The translations under genes and the position numbers were made by a program. Shown one piece after another: positions 1 to 12,799 of a DNA stretch of 64,000 nt (its first letter is position 1; the number at the start of each line of letters is the position of its first letter). The notes beneath the pieces are model-generated. The model saw only the letters and a program-made list of their open reading frames with translations. It searched no databases and had not been told where the DNA came from. Origin of the DNA: Chiloscyllium plagiosum (Eukaryota); assembly GCF_004010195.1 (NCBI RefSeq), contig NC_057759.1:1681069-1745068 (forward strand), read 5' to 3'.

Positions 1-44
1 TGGAAAATCGTCTTTGGTGTACTGTTTCTATTGGGACCTCGAGA

Positions 45-107
45 TCTCTATTGGATAATCTGACTTTCGGATAATTGGTATTCAGTTAATTGAGTTTCCT
101 CTGTATA
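45..107. mobile_element. Terminal fragment of a Tigger/pogo-like DNA transposon or MITE
   Basis: Repeated ggataat units ending gagtttcctctg + TA, i.e. TA-CAG terminus on the minus strand. The partner end is not in the window. Confidence 0.45.
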
Positions 108-794
108 GGCTAGTTGCATTAGTCAGGCGTAAATATAGGGTAGGGGGAATTGGTCTGAGTGGTTTACTCTTCAGAGGACCGGTGTGGACCTGTTTGGCTG
201 GACGGCCTGTTTGCACACTATAGGGACTCAATTAAAAAAATAACAAGAGGTCCATTCAATTTGTCTGTCAGTAATTGCATCCTCGTTAATTCCACAGATA
301 CTCACACAAGGAGGCAAAGCCTAAAGATTAGGGACAGATTGTTCAGCCGAGATGATGGGAAGCTTTTTTTTATTGTTTTGTGGGGTGTCGATACTGCTGG
401 CTGGGGCAGCATTTATTACCCAGAGGGCAGTTCACGATCAACTGCGCCAATGTTCTTCGTGAGTCATGTGTAGGCAATGCAAGTAAGGACAATAAATGTC
501 GTTCCCTGGAGGATATTAGTGAAACAGATCTATTTTTTCCTAGTAATCAGCATTAGTTTCATGATCATCATTATACTCTTAATTCCAGGTTATCACTGAA
601 TTCAATTTCGACTCTCTGCCATGGCAGGATTTAAATCCAGCTCCCAGATCATTACTGGGTGTCAGGATTAACAGTCTACCGAAAATGCACATCACAATAT
701 GTGTGCCGAGTTATGGAACTGCCTTCCACAAACCATTTTTGATGCTGGTTGATTGATTTTATTTAAATCATAGAGAGATAAATTTTTGTTAAGC

Positions 795-1663
795 AGAGAT
801 CATAGAGTCATAGAGATGTACAGCACAGAAACAGACGCTTCGGTCCAACCCGTCCATGCCGACCAGATATCCCAACCCAACCTAGTCCCACCTGTCAGTA
901 CCTGGCCCAAAACCCTCCAAACCCTTCGCATTCATCTATCCATCCAAATGCCTCTTAAATGTTGCAATTGTACCGGCCTCCACCACATCCTCTGGAAGCT
1001 CATTCCATACACGTACCACACTCTGTGTGAAAAACTTGCCCCTTAGGTCTCTTTTATATCTTTCCCCTCTCACCCTAAAGCTATGCCCTCTAGATCTGGG
1101 CTCCCAGACCCCAGGGAAAAGACTTTCCCTATTTATCCTATCCATGCCCTTCATAATTTTGTAAACGTCTATAAAGTCACCCCTCAGTCTCCGATGCTCC
1201 ACGGAAAACAGTCCAAACCTGTTCAGCCTCTCTCTGTAGCTCAGATCCTCCAACCCTGGCAACATCCTTGTAAATCTTTTCTGAACCATTTCAGGTTTCA
1301 CAACATCTCTCCGAAAGAAAGGAGTCCAGAATTGCATGCAATATTCCAACAGTGGCCTGACCAATGTCCTGTACAGCCGCAACATGACCACCCAACTCCT
1401 GTACTCAATACTCTGGCTAATACCAAACGCCTTCTTCACTAACCTATCTACCTGCGACTCCACTTTCAAGGAGCTATGAATCTGCACTCCAAGGTTTCTT
1501 TGGTCAGCAACACTCCCTAGGACCTTACCATTATGTGTATAAGTCCTGCTAAGATTTGCTTTCCCAAAATACAGCACCTCACATTTACCTGAATTAAACT
1601 CCATCTGCCACTTCTCAGCCCATTGGACCATCTGGTCCAGATCCTGTTGTAATCTGAGGTAAC
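795..1663 (-). mobile_element. CR1-type LINE, 5'-truncated (ORF2 C-terminus plus 3' UTR)
   Basis: ORF 936-1685: LQQDLDQMVQWAEKWQMEFNSGKCEVLYFG...LYRTLVRPLLEYC. Repeat tail (ctctatgactctatga on minus) at ~795-815. Confidence 0.95.
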
Positions 1664-2624
1664 CTATTAAAGAGTTAGTGACCAAAGGTAGCTCTACGGA
1701 GTTGGGCAGCAGAATACTGGTAGGATTGGTTGAAGGGCCAGAATGTCCTACTCCTGTTCCTTTGATAATCTAACATCTACTGTTTGTTTTTATTTTAAAT
1801 ATTTGTTTAGGAATTTATCAGTCTATTATTTTTCTCAATATTTCTTGCGTATCTAAATGCTTTCACTTGTCTGAAAGATTTTTGTCATACGTGATAGTCC
1901 CCAATCCTCTGGTGTACATAAATCTTTGCAGCATTGGACCACGTTGGCATATACTTTTCTAATTGTGATGGAAACGTTTCCAAACATCTCTTGAACCAGA
2001 AATGAAAATCTTGTTGACATAACTCTCTCTCATACTCCAGCCTGACCTATCTTCTGAGTGCAGAATGAGGCCTTCGTGGGAAATCTTGTTGTATTTCAAC
2101 TTCTGGCAATGCTCCAAAGTGGCTTTGAGGATTCAGGGAACCGGGGTGGATTACCGCTGTATCAGTGGATGGAAAGTGGCATGTGGGTTGAATTCATTCA
2201 CCGGATGAGTTTCAGCAAGCAACATGACAGAAGCAGACTGCAACCGTGGAGGCTGGAGTACAAGGGTTGTTATGGTTTCAGATCCATGTACACGCAGGGC
2301 ACTTCCCTGACGACTGAGGCAGATTCATTTTTATTCATATGATCCATGTTCAAGACTGCATAAATAACTCCTTCGCATTTCTTGGTAATCACATCAAAAT
2401 ACTCGCCCTGCATTCAGCAAACTTGCAAAGTGGTGTTTGTAAAGTATACACTGTTATCTTGCACTTCTATTACTCTCGAAAGGTTTTTTTTCAACTTATC
2501 TATCTATAACAACCTATTGATTCCTGTCAATCCCTTTCACACCAAATCTATACACGTTTCTTTATTTTTGTCTTTTCGGTCTCTCAATTTGAATGAGAAT
2601 TCCAGAAGGTATTGTTAGTAAGAT

Positions 2625-3485
2625 TGCAGATGACGCCAAAGTTAGGGCTATTTGTGGAGACGGTTATCTAAGAGTACAATAGTATCTCGATTAGATGGGA
2701 CAATGGGCCAAGGAGTGGAAGATGGAATTTAATTTGGATAAATGTAAGGTATTGTATTTTTCTAAGATATTCCAGGGTCTGACTTACACAGTTACTGGTA
2801 GGGTCCTCGGAGTGTGCCCACTCAGAGGAACTTCGAGGTGCAGGTGACGTCGCTGGTACACAGGCTGGTGAAGGTGTTGTTTGGTACAATTTGCCTTCAT
2901 CTGCCAGAGTATAGGAATTAGGTCATTATGTTGTGTCTGCACAAGTTATTGATGAGGGCATTTTTATAATACTGTGTATAATGTTGGTTGCCCTGTGATA
3001 GGAAAGATGTTATTAAATTAGAAAGGGTGCAGAAAAAAAGAAATCCAAGAATGTTACCGGGATTGGAGAGTTGAGTTACAGGAAGAGGCGAGATAAGCTG
3101 GGTCGTTTTTGCCTGGAGCGTCGGAGACTGAGGGGTAACATTATAGAGATTTGTAAAATCATAAGGGGCGGAGTTGAGAGTAAAAGTATTTTCTCCAGAA
3201 CTGGGAAGTTCAAACCTAGAGGGCATAGTTTTAAGGTTAGATGGGAATGATGTAAAAGGGAGCGAAGGGTGGTTTGTATATGGAATGAATTTTCAGAGGA
3301 AGTGGTAGAGGTGGGTACAATGACAAAGTTTGAAAGACATTTAGACAGTTATATAAATAGGAATGCTTTAGAGTGATATGGGTCAAATACAGGCCAATAG
3401 AACTAGTTCAGTTTAGGAGTACTCGTTGACATGGACAAGTTGGGCAAAAGGGTCTGTTTCCATGCTGCACAACTCTATGACTCTC
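2625..3485 (+). mobile_element. CR1-type LINE 3' fragment, decayed
   Basis: gcagatgacgccaaag (FADD region) through to the actctatgactct tail. Confidence 0.9.
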
Positions 3486-3955
3486 GTTTTTCAATGTGCT
3501 TCCTATGTTTATCTCTACCTCCATATTTCATTGCTGTACCCGTCACTCTCATCACGACTTGCCCAATTATCCCTCGATTTTGTGTTTATTTTCTGCACCC
3601 CTCTCCATCTCACTCTCTCTGTTAATCGATCTATACTTGTCCTAAACTTCCTCAAACCCCAAGTATATTTTTGATTCCTAGACTCTCTCTCGAAAGGAGA
3701 ATCTAATCAGACTTTGCATAGCAAGAAAATAAAAGAGCTTGATTAATAATTGTGTGCTTACCGTGGGGTTGTAAGAGATCGAATTGGCGTTGTCACCTGT
3801 GAAAAAAGAAGCATAGAAGTTGAGTTTTTCTCTGCCTGTTTTAGCAGTGACACTCAGTAATTCATGTTGTCAACTGTTTGTGTGTGCTAATTCCTGATGT
3901 CCATTGAAATACAGGTAGAAAATATTTTTTTTAATTGTTACCCCAATCTTGCCTT

Positions 3956-3957
<2 letters not shown>

Positions 3958-4003
<46 letters not shown>
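3958..4003. repeat. (GA)n microsatellite
   Basis: Perfect dinucleotide run. Confidence 0.98.
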
Positions 4004-4007
<4 letters not shown>

Positions 4008-4294
4008 CTGGTGGTTCAACCAGATGGTCACCACACCTCAGAGGAGGGAACTGTTGAGATGAACAGTTCTCGGGCAGCGTTGAAATTGAATTTACATTAT
4101 TGGTGGCACCCACCAGTCATTAGAACGAATCTCCCTTGCATAGCCTTTAGTCTATTAAATGATGGCAAATAATATTTATTGGATCTATAATTTCTCAACC
4201 AGGATGATTCTTGGGATGGTGGTAGTGTCTTATAAATATTACGACTCGACTCATTGGAGTTTAGAAGAATGGAGGCAATCTCATTAGATGAGAT

Positions 4295-4595
4295 TACTTC
4301 CAATTTGGAACAGGCTCTTCGGCCTAACAAGTACACACGGACCATATGACGAGCAACCCACCCCCCTACATGCACCCTGACGAATGCACATAACGCTGCA
4401 GGCAATTTAACATGGCCAATTAACCTAACCTGCACACCTTTGCACTGTGTGAGGAAACCAGAGCACTCAGGGGAAACCCACACAGGCAAGGGGAGAATGT
4501 GCAAACTCCACACAGATAGTTGCCCAATGCTGGAATGGAACCTGGGACCCTGGCACTGTTAGGCAACAGTAATAACCACTGAGCCACCATGCCGC
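4295..4595 (-). mobile_element. HE1-like tRNA-derived SINE
   Basis: Minus strand begins ggcatggtggctcagtggtta (A box) and gggtcccaggttccattcc (B box), followed by the tgtgtggagtttgcacattctcc core. Confidence 0.9.
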
Positions 4596-4989
4596 TGGTA
4601 AAGCATCATATGCTGGGAGAATGCTTCCCCATCATTGAAACGACTCTGACCAGAAGGCACAATCTCAGAATCTAGGGTTGTCAATGGATGACTGAGATGT
4701 GCATGATTGTCTTTTCTCAGACGTTTTAGTGTCTTTGGAACTTCTTAACACAGAGAAATGTGTGGGTGGGCAGAGTCCGTGTGTATAGTTAAGGCTGAGA
4801 CAGATACATTCTTGATCAATCAGCTAATCAAGAGGAACATGGAAAGTGGGTGGGAGGGATGTCGGATCAGCCATGATTCTTTTGAACGGTGTAGCAAACT
4901 CGAGGAGGCGAACAGCCGACTACTGTTGCCCGTTCGTACGCTCCTATGATCCTACGGAACGTTCCCAATCCCACGGTTCCATATACGTT

Positions 4990-5232
4990 CTGAACATATT
5001 CTGTAAGTTGCTTCTTTGCCCTGTCGGTGCAAACCAGAGTCCAGCTGGAGACTGAAATGGAACCTAACTTGGATAGTTTTTCTTCATCCTTCGCACAGAG
5101 GAAAGCATACCATACACTACTCATTCCAGCGCACTGGGCCTTTTCTAGGAGAAGATTCCTTTCTCCAATGCCCTCACACGGTATTGGAAAATCAGGCTGC
5201 AGCAATGGATTACAGCTGTATCATTGACATTT
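4990..5232 (-). pseudogene. Candidate terminal cytoplasmic exon with ITIM-like VWYAFL (5098-5115)
   Basis: Acceptor aattaatcAG. Phase-2 read is NVNDTAVIHCCSLIFQ...IFS*. A shifted frame (ORF 4867-5205) contains SSVWYAFL, matching VxYxxL. Confidence 0.4.
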
Positions 5233-5754
5233 CTGATTAATTTTGAGGACAGAATAGAACAAGAGTGAATACAAACACAATGCTATCACCTCAAATGCTT
5301 GTTTCAACGTGATGTGTTCAACTTCACACGAAGTCAGTCTCCAACATAATGCACACAGTGGCCCAAATGAAATGGCTTGTGTTTTGTCTGCCAGTCCTTT
5401 AGCTAGCTTTTCTGAAGGAGTGTTTGTGGACTACAAACATTAATGCTGTCCATGTCTCTTCACAGATGCTGCCAGACCTACGGTGTTTCTCCTGCATTGT
5501 CAAGTGTTATTTTCTTTAGCTGTTTGAGCTCAGCAGTATCCATGACACCAGCATTCAGATTATTTCAATGTTTGTTTCTGATGTTGTGACGCTGTCTTAA
5601 CAGAGAGTGAACAATCATACAGTGAACAGGAATGAAGTTTAGAATTTCTCCACTAAAACCATTTACACATCTATCACCTTAATAATCACAAATAAAAATG
5701 TAACTTTTATAGCGATCATTACAACTAGCCATTAGCAATCAGTGATATACTTAC

Positions 5755-5790
5755 AGATGCAATCATTGTTTTTACTGTGTCTATTTTGAA
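5755..5790 (-). pseudogene. Candidate small cytoplasmic exon 2 (36 bp)
   Basis: ctcaacAG ... GTaagt splice sites. It contains stops in the phase inherited from the 28-bp exon but is open in the other two phases. Confidence 0.35.
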
Positions 5791-5980
5791 CTGTTGAGGA
5801 TGCAGTCCTGGAACATAAAGACATATATTGGCTCAAATGTGCTCCCGATGCACTGGGAGTTGATGGCACAAAATTCATCAAGGAATAAGTACGAGATCAA
5901 AAGGTGTATTAATGCATATCTATATGTTACATAAAGTCAAGTATCAGGAAAAAAAAACAAGAGTCACTTAAAATTCTCAC

Positions 5981-6008
5981 CTCTGAACATTTCGATGTTT
6001 ATTTCGAA
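5981..6008 (-). pseudogene. Small cytoplasmic exon 1 (28 bp) of the receptor
   Basis: ttcttgttttacatccctcAG | (V)RNKHRNVQR | GTgaga. Strong splice sites, and it reads in frame with the TM exon. Confidence 0.6.
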
Positions 6009-6942
6009 CTGAGGGATGTAAAACAAGAATGTAATGGTGAAATGCCACAAACCTGATTGTCAATGTCAATAATATAACACAAAGGCCTACAGGGTATTGG
6101 ATATCAGTATCAAATAGCAGCGAAAGTTCAACAAACAACACAGCTATGACACTAAATGTATACACAGAACAAACAGAAATCTAAAACTCAAAGGAGAGTT
6201 GGGAGTCCGGGTTCAGGATTCTCTTCAGGTGAACAGACAGGTTCAGTTGGCAGTTAGGAAGGCAAATGTATTGTTAGCATTCATTGCTAGAGGGTTGAAG
6301 TACAAGAGCACAGATGTCCCACTGAGGCTGTATAAGGCTCTGATTTGGAATATTAGGATCAGTTTTAGACCCTGCACGTGCGGAAGATGGAGGGTGTCCA
6401 GAGGAGGTTCACAAGAAAGATCCCATGAATGAAGGGCTTGCCATGTGGTTAAAGAGTAGACATGTAGACGATGTTTCCAGGAGTAGGAGAGACAAGGATC
6501 GGAGGGCACAGGCTTAGTGTGAGGAGATGACCCTGGAGGAATTTCTTCAAACAGAGGATAGTGAACCTGTGGGATTGATTGCCACAGAGGGCTCTGGAGA
6601 CCATGGCATTGACTTCCTGGAGAACAGAATTAGATCGGGTGTTGAGTGGGAAAGGTGATCCAGGATTACAAGTAGAAGGCACGAGAATGGGTTTGAGAAA
6701 CACATCAGTCATGATCGAACGATAGGACAAATTCGATGGACTGAATGCCCTAATTCTGCTCGTACGTCTTAAGGTCTTATAGTCTGTTCAAGGTGCTTGA
6801 CAGAGACATTGCTGAGAAGATGATTCCTCCTCATGTGAGAGTGCAGGGTCAGAGGGTACAGCATCAGAATACAGGGGCACCAGTTGAAGAATGAGATGAG
6901 GAGTGATTCCTTCTGTCAGAGGGTTGAGAGTTTTGGAACTCT

Positions 6943-6963
6943 GTGTGTGTGTGTGTGTGTGTG
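6943..6963. repeat. (TG)n microsatellite
   Basis: Short perfect run immediately before the 155-bp tandem duplication. Confidence 0.95.
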
Positions 6964-6968
6964 CCTTC

Positions 6969-7278
6969 GTGCATGCATTGGGGGTGTCCACAAACCTTGT
7001 GTATATTGAAGACTGAGATAGATTCTTTACCAGCTGGGAAATGACGGGTTACAAGCAGTAAAATGGATGTGAGGACTGAGGGGTTAGCCATGGCAGAAGT
7101 GGGTACTGCAGATGCTGGAGATTGTGCATGCATTGGGGGTGTCCACAAACCTTGTGTATATTGAAGACTGAGATAGATTCTTTACCAGTTGGGAAATGAC
7201 GGGTTACAAGCAGTAAGATGGATGTGAGGACTGAGGGGTTAGCCATGGCAGAAGTGGGTACTGCAGATGCTGGAGATT
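6969..7278. repeat. 155-bp tandem duplication (6969-7123, 7124-7278)
   Basis: Two mismatches seen between the units. Confidence 0.95.
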
Positions 7279-7372
7279 AGAGTCAAGATTAAGTGGTGCT
7301 GGAAAACACAGCAGGTCAGGCAGCATCCGAGGAGCAGGAAAATCGACGTTTCGGGCAAAAGCTCTTCATCAT
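7253..7372 (-). mobile_element. Penelope-derived short repeat with decayed hammerhead core
   Basis: Minus strand: aTGATGA-agagcttttgccc-GAAACGTC-gattttcctgctcctcggatgctgcctgacctgc. Confidence 0.7.
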
Positions 7373-9249
7373 GGGATCAGCGATGATTCTATTGGTGGAT
7401 CAGGCTCCAGGAGCCCAACAGTATACTTCTATTCCTATTTATTTTAGTGTTATGGACTTGAAATGTTAACTCTGTTTCTATCTCTCTCACTCCACAGATG
7501 CTGCCAGACCTGCTGAGTTTCTCCAGTGATTTCTCTTTCACCGAATTATTTTCCAAATACAGCATGGAATTCGTTAATTTGGAAATTTAAATAAAACCTC
7601 CTAAAACGAAACATTAAATAAAACTATGAATATGTCCACTTGAAACATACAAAGAGGAGAACAAAAGTGATGCAATCACGTTTTTCCTGTCACAATTTAG
7701 AACACCCACAGAGGAGATAGAGATGATTACCCGTGAATCTACACTGACACTTCAAAGAGCATTCCATCCACACCATATACCTGTAACCCCACACTTCCCA
7801 TGACTAATCCACCTATACCACACACCACCCCTGGACACTTTAGCATGGCCAATCCATCTAACCTACTCATCTGTACTGTCTTGTAATGACTAGATGATCA
7901 GCCAGTCAATGAGCAATCATCCCTTGCTTCTAAAACAGTGTCTCGCGGTGAATGTTGTGAAATTACTGTATGGAATAGATTGTTTAATGAAAATGCTATT
8001 AGCTACAGTTGATAAAGGCTGAAATCCATATAACTACCTCTAGTCCATATCCCCTTCAGAGCTTTGCTCAACAAATATTTTTCTGTCTCACATTTGAAAT
8101 TGGCAAATGATGCAGCAGCCACTACCTTTTTGAAATAAGCTGTGTGTCTATATGGAAGGAAAAGAACCGCAAGTGGACATCTCCTATGAATATATTAATG
8201 ACCCAGACGGCTGGACAAACCACATGGTTCGTTCTTTATCACCCATAATTTGTTTGTCTTTCTGTACACAGAATGGTTACTATGAGGCCTTCACTGAAAC
8301 ATAACGAGGGGTTTGTGTGTTGACAGTGTCACTGGGACACTACTCCAGAACTGACAGCAACATACCACGTGGCTCCATGTGCCATCTCTTGCGATGCAAG
8401 TCCAAAGTCTAGAGCTATAATTGGAAGCTCGTGATGAAATTCTCCTCAGTTGTGGTTGAAAGCTGATCTATATTTTATTTTAATTCATTAGTGGGATGTG
8501 GGCATCTCTGTCCCGGCCAGCATTTTTTATCTCTGTTCTTAGGGACAAAGTGAGGTTTCAGGAAAAGCACTTTTTTTGCGCTCCTCTCTGAACACATCAG
8601 CTGCTACTTTTCCTCACGTCTACCTTTCTCTTTCTAACATAAACACTTAATCATTAGTGTTTTAAAGACCCCAATTCAATGAGTGTGAACAGAAACAATT
8701 CCAGATATGCCAGTGCCATTTTCACTGAATCACCTAAAACGAAATTAAAAAAAAAAAACTGTCTTGCTCATCTGAGCACACAAAACTAAAATTATTTGAG
8801 TGTAATACAGCTGGGAAACAGATATTTCTGTTCAACTTGTCCATACAGACAAGATTTCCCTAACTAAGCTAGTCCTATTTATCTCCATTTGCTGCATACC
8901 CTCGCTAAACCTTTCTGATTCATGTACCTGTCCAAACGTCTCTTAAATGTTGTAATTGGACTCGCATCTACAAAACTTCTTCTGACAGCTCGTTTTATAT
9001 ATGCACCACCCTCTGTCTGAAAAAGTTGTTCCTCAAGTCTCTTTTAAGTCTTTCCCCTGTCATCTTAAATCTATGCAGTTCTGGTTTTGATCTTCGTTAC
9101 CCTGGGGAAAAGACCTTGTCTGTTAATCTTATCAATGCCTTGCATGATTTTGTAAATCTCTGTAAGATGACCCTTCAGCCTCTGACATCTGTGGAAATAA
9201 ATCGCAGTCTGTCCAGCCTTTCATTGAACCTCCAATCCCAGAAACACCC

Positions 9250-9570
9250 CAGCACGGTGGCTCAGTGGTTAGCACTGTTGCTTCACAGTGTTAGGAACCC
9301 GGATACGATTTCATCATCGAGTGTCTCTCTGTGTGGAATTTGCACATTCTTCCTGTGTCAGCGTCTATTCCCTCTGGGCGCTCTGGTTTCCTCCCACAAT
9401 GCAAAGATGTGCAGGGTAAGAGAATTAGGCATGCTAACTTGCGCAAATTGTTCAAGAATGTGCAGATTAGGTGCGTTAGTGTAGTATAATCAGGCAGGAG
9501 AATGAGTTTGGGTAGGATACTCTTCAGCGGGTTGGTATGGACTTGTTGGGCCAAAGGGCCTGTTTCCAGT
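9250..9570 (+). mobile_element. HE1-like tRNA-derived SINE
   Basis: gcacggtggctcagtggttagcactg head and tgtgtggaatttgcacattc core. Confidence 0.9.
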
Positions 9571-10210
9571 GCCAGGATTCAATGAAACTATGCCTCTGCA
9601 ATTTTTTTTCACCTATTCCAGTTAAACCACATCTTTCCTATAGCAGGACGACCAGAATTCTACGCAGTATTCCAAACGGATCCTCACCAATACCCTGTAC
9701 AGCCGCAACTTGACATCCCAACTCCTATTCTCAATACTCTGACCGATGAAGGTGAGTGTGCCAATTGCCTTCTTCACTAACATGTCTACCTGTGACGCTA
9801 CTTTCAAGGGACTGTGCACCTGTACCCCTGGATCCTTCAGGTCAACAATACTTCCCAGAGCCCCTTTGAAATCATATTTTCAAATAGTATCAATACATTA
9901 TTGAACTTGATCACATCTAGCTATCCCCTTTCCAATGGGCAAATTTTCATGGCGAAAGAAATCACAGCGACAGGAAAAGACCCATCAGTCTGTGCTGGTT
10001 TAGAACTATTCTAATGCCATTTCGTCAGCACTTGGCCTGTAGCCTTGGCATCACAAATGCACATCTAAACACGTTTCTCCGACCCTTAGAGGAGTGAGTT
10101 CTACATTCCTCAGTATAATCTAGATTAATCCTGGTAAATCGTCGCCACACCCTCTCTCACTGCTATCAGATCCTTCATAACCAGTTGCATTACATATTTC
10201 AATGAATTAC

Positions 10211-10306
10211 CTTTCTTGATAATCATGAGGCACAGCATCGCAAGTAAAATAAATATCACGGCAGCAAATCCCAGTCCGATGTACAGAGATAATCCTGGCT
10301 TGGCAT
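10211..10306 (-). pseudogene. Transmembrane exon of the same receptor (96 bp, phase 1-1, frame intact)
   Basis: cttttcattgcatAG | DAKPGLSLYIGLGFAAVIFILLAMLCLMIIKK | GTaatt. Uncharged hydrophobic helix followed by KK stop-transfer. Confidence 0.85.
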
Positions 10307-11559
10307 CTATGCAATGAAAAGCAATGGCGTGACATTAATGAACAGGAAATAAACATCAACATGTCCCACTGACAATAATATCCGTCCTGAAGCATTACAT
10401 ATTCTATTTTATCACACACATTCTGACTTCAACAGCAAATACAACAAATGGACACTTCAAGTCCTTTCACAGCTTAATGTTCCTGAAATTTAATTAGGAG
10501 TGTATATCTGGTCTATCTTAGAGTGCTCACCATGTGTGGCTGCAGAGTGAGATTTACCAGGGTGTTGTCTTGGAGGCTGGAGAGTTTCAGTGATGGAAAT
10601 AATTTGCACAGATAAGGATTCCGTTCGTTAGAACAGGAGAGTTTACGAGAATTGGACATGATTGAGTAGCATAAATTGATGAGGACCAAGGTTAGGGTAG
10701 ACAGGAAGAAGGGATTGATGTCTGGATAGGCGGGAAGTGCTATCTTGAAGATAAAGGGTAGAAAGCTGAGAGGAGATGTGAGAATTTTTGGGAACACTCA
10801 GAGAGCAGTGGAAATCTGGAACACTGTCTGTAAACATGGAAGAAGCATAAACCTTAATCATACTGAAGGAGCAGGTGGATGTGCATTTGCAATGCCAAAG
10901 CAGACTAAGCTATGGTTTGGCTAATGGATTCAGAGAATCCTTAGGTGTTTGTTTTTGACCAGCACAGATTCGATGGGTGGAAAGTCCTGTTTCTATGCTG
11001 CAGCTCTTTATGACCGAAGGACATGCAAATCCAGAACTCCCAGTCACATCGAGTATTACCCAAAATCATTCCCTGCTATGTCCACTGTTCGTTATTTTGA
11101 TTACTTCTGCTCTTCTGGCAGATATTCTTGAAGAAATTTCACCTGTCTGATTAATTCACGAATATGCATCTTTCCACCCAACTCAAATCAGCTGATGAAA
11201 GTTTGCAGAAGATTGGGAACCCGAGTGATCTAATAGTCTTGTTTGATAATGCTTAGAAACCTCTCTGTCAAATCCGCAGGGGTTATATCCTATTGAACAA
11301 TGGCAGCAGCATCTAGCATTGATTGTGAATCAAGATAATGTCAGCCAATTCAGAAGTAGATAGTCACTTACCAGGAGAAAGCATTTATAACCAACTCTCA
11401 GACCTTCGATCAAATTGCAATCAATTAAAATGAGGGCTTAAAATCTGAAGCATCATGAAACATTGAACAGTCTTACACCCTGAACATCATCCTGAGCTAC
11501 AAATCTTCTCAAAAATCGCTAACACATGTAATTACCTTTTCATGGGTGTTCCACCTCTC

Positions 11560-11865
11560 TTTTCTCTGTTACTGAAACAGATTGGCTGGACGGGGAAAGG
11601 ATGGCACGCCCATTAACCTCTGTTTGATATCAACTTATGTAGTTTCCTGTAGAAGAATGTTTATGGGCAATAATGGTAAAGGCGGAGGTATCTTCGAGAC
11701 CAGTCACATGACGATGCTATATAAAACCTTCCTGTAGGCTGTTGTAAATGTAGTATATTCCTCCTTTGGACCGAATCTCACCTTTGCAAGAAATCATGAC
11801 ATTGCCCCTGTTTGAATTCACAGCAGAATTTGCCAGCACTTTGATAATTGGTTTGGAGAGTTGAT
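11560..11865 (-). pseudogene. Ig C2-type domain exon of an LRC-type (LILR/KIR/CHIR/IGSF1-like) receptor pseudogene
   Basis: After acceptor gtgacAG, phase 1: DQLSKPIIKVLANSAVNSNRGNVMISCKGEIRSKGGIYYIYNSLQEGFI*HRHVTGLEDTSAFTIIAHKHSSTGNYIS*YQTEVNGRAILSPSSQSVSVTEK. It has the KPxI start, VxIxC, FxI, GNYx(C)xY and SxxSxxVxV pattern. There are two stops, the second Cys codon reads AGT, and the donor is decayed. Confidence 0.85.
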
Positions 11866-12109
11866 CTGTCACATCATTTTAAAATGAAGTATTTTACAAA
11901 ACATTTAGTTATACCTCCAAAAGCAAAACCCTTGAAAGGTGAAAGGTGCAGACGAAAGCAATTGAGAAGTTCAAAGAGAGATCTGAACAACAATAACTCC
12001 AGAACCAAAAATATTATATAACAACATGATCAGTTGTATAAAAAAAACATAATTAATGTCATCTTACATCATACTATGACAGACAACGCAATATAATGTT
12101 AGTCAGCAT

Positions 12110-12790
12110 TTCTTACTCGAAGCAAAATGCTCTGTGTGAAGCACCATAAATGCCTCCCACAATGTGACGGGGTAATATTGCAATACATAAAACTCCTAAA
12201 AAAATGCAACAATAGTATTTGAAAAGTTTTATAGCTGTTGAGAATTAGGAGTCACCTTAAACCTGTGTTACATCAGCCTACCATTCTTGGAATTTCTTGC
12301 GTAGAATCAGACTTTATCTAACTGTGTCACATCACTAACTCGGCTTTTGCAAATGTGAGCAAGTCTCTGTATGAAAACCGAGGAGAAATCATAAGAAACA
12401 CCAAGGACTTGACTCAAGTGACCCCCGTTATCAATGCAGTGGATCGATGTGAAAAGGGGGTGCTAACAGGAGTTTCCCTCCATCAGCCCCAGGGTAGAAC
12501 AAATAGTGTTGGTTCCGAAGATTACGAGAGATCTCTACCAAAGACCATAGAATCACACTGACGTGTGAGTGTGCTGGCTATGCACCTAGTTTTATCAGAA
12601 TGGCTCCGGATTGGGAAAATAATTTACATCTGCCCCGTGGGTAGCATATGTCCTTCCTTTGCCTAATTCATGATTGCACTGTATCAAAAATTCTTACAAA
12701 TGGCTGATTGCTTGTAATCAATTGTGATCATTAACCTCTACAAAATCCACTTGCGAAATGTTAAATGGACCGTAATGAGATTGACGTTGG
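12110..12790 (-). pseudogene. Heavily decayed upstream Ig exon(s) of the same receptor
   Basis: ~12500-12580 reads STLTRQCDSMVFGRDLS*SSEPT, parallel to GNYIS*YQTEVNGRAILSPSSQSV in 11560-11865. ~12110-12200 gives, with frameshifts, G-YVLQYY..VGG..QSILLRVR. Confidence 0.35.
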
Positions 12791-12799
12791 GACACATTG

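Noticed and set aside
4990..5232. Alternative reading as an Ig domain (LQPDFPI..., LDSGLHR)
   Set aside because: It lies downstream of the TM and cytoplasmic exons and lacks correctly placed cysteines. A cytoplasmic tail is more parsimonious, though not proven.
12485..12620. Plus-strand RITLTCECAG as an Ig exon
   Set aside because: No supporting downstream strands. The minus-strand reading fits the surrounding gene better.
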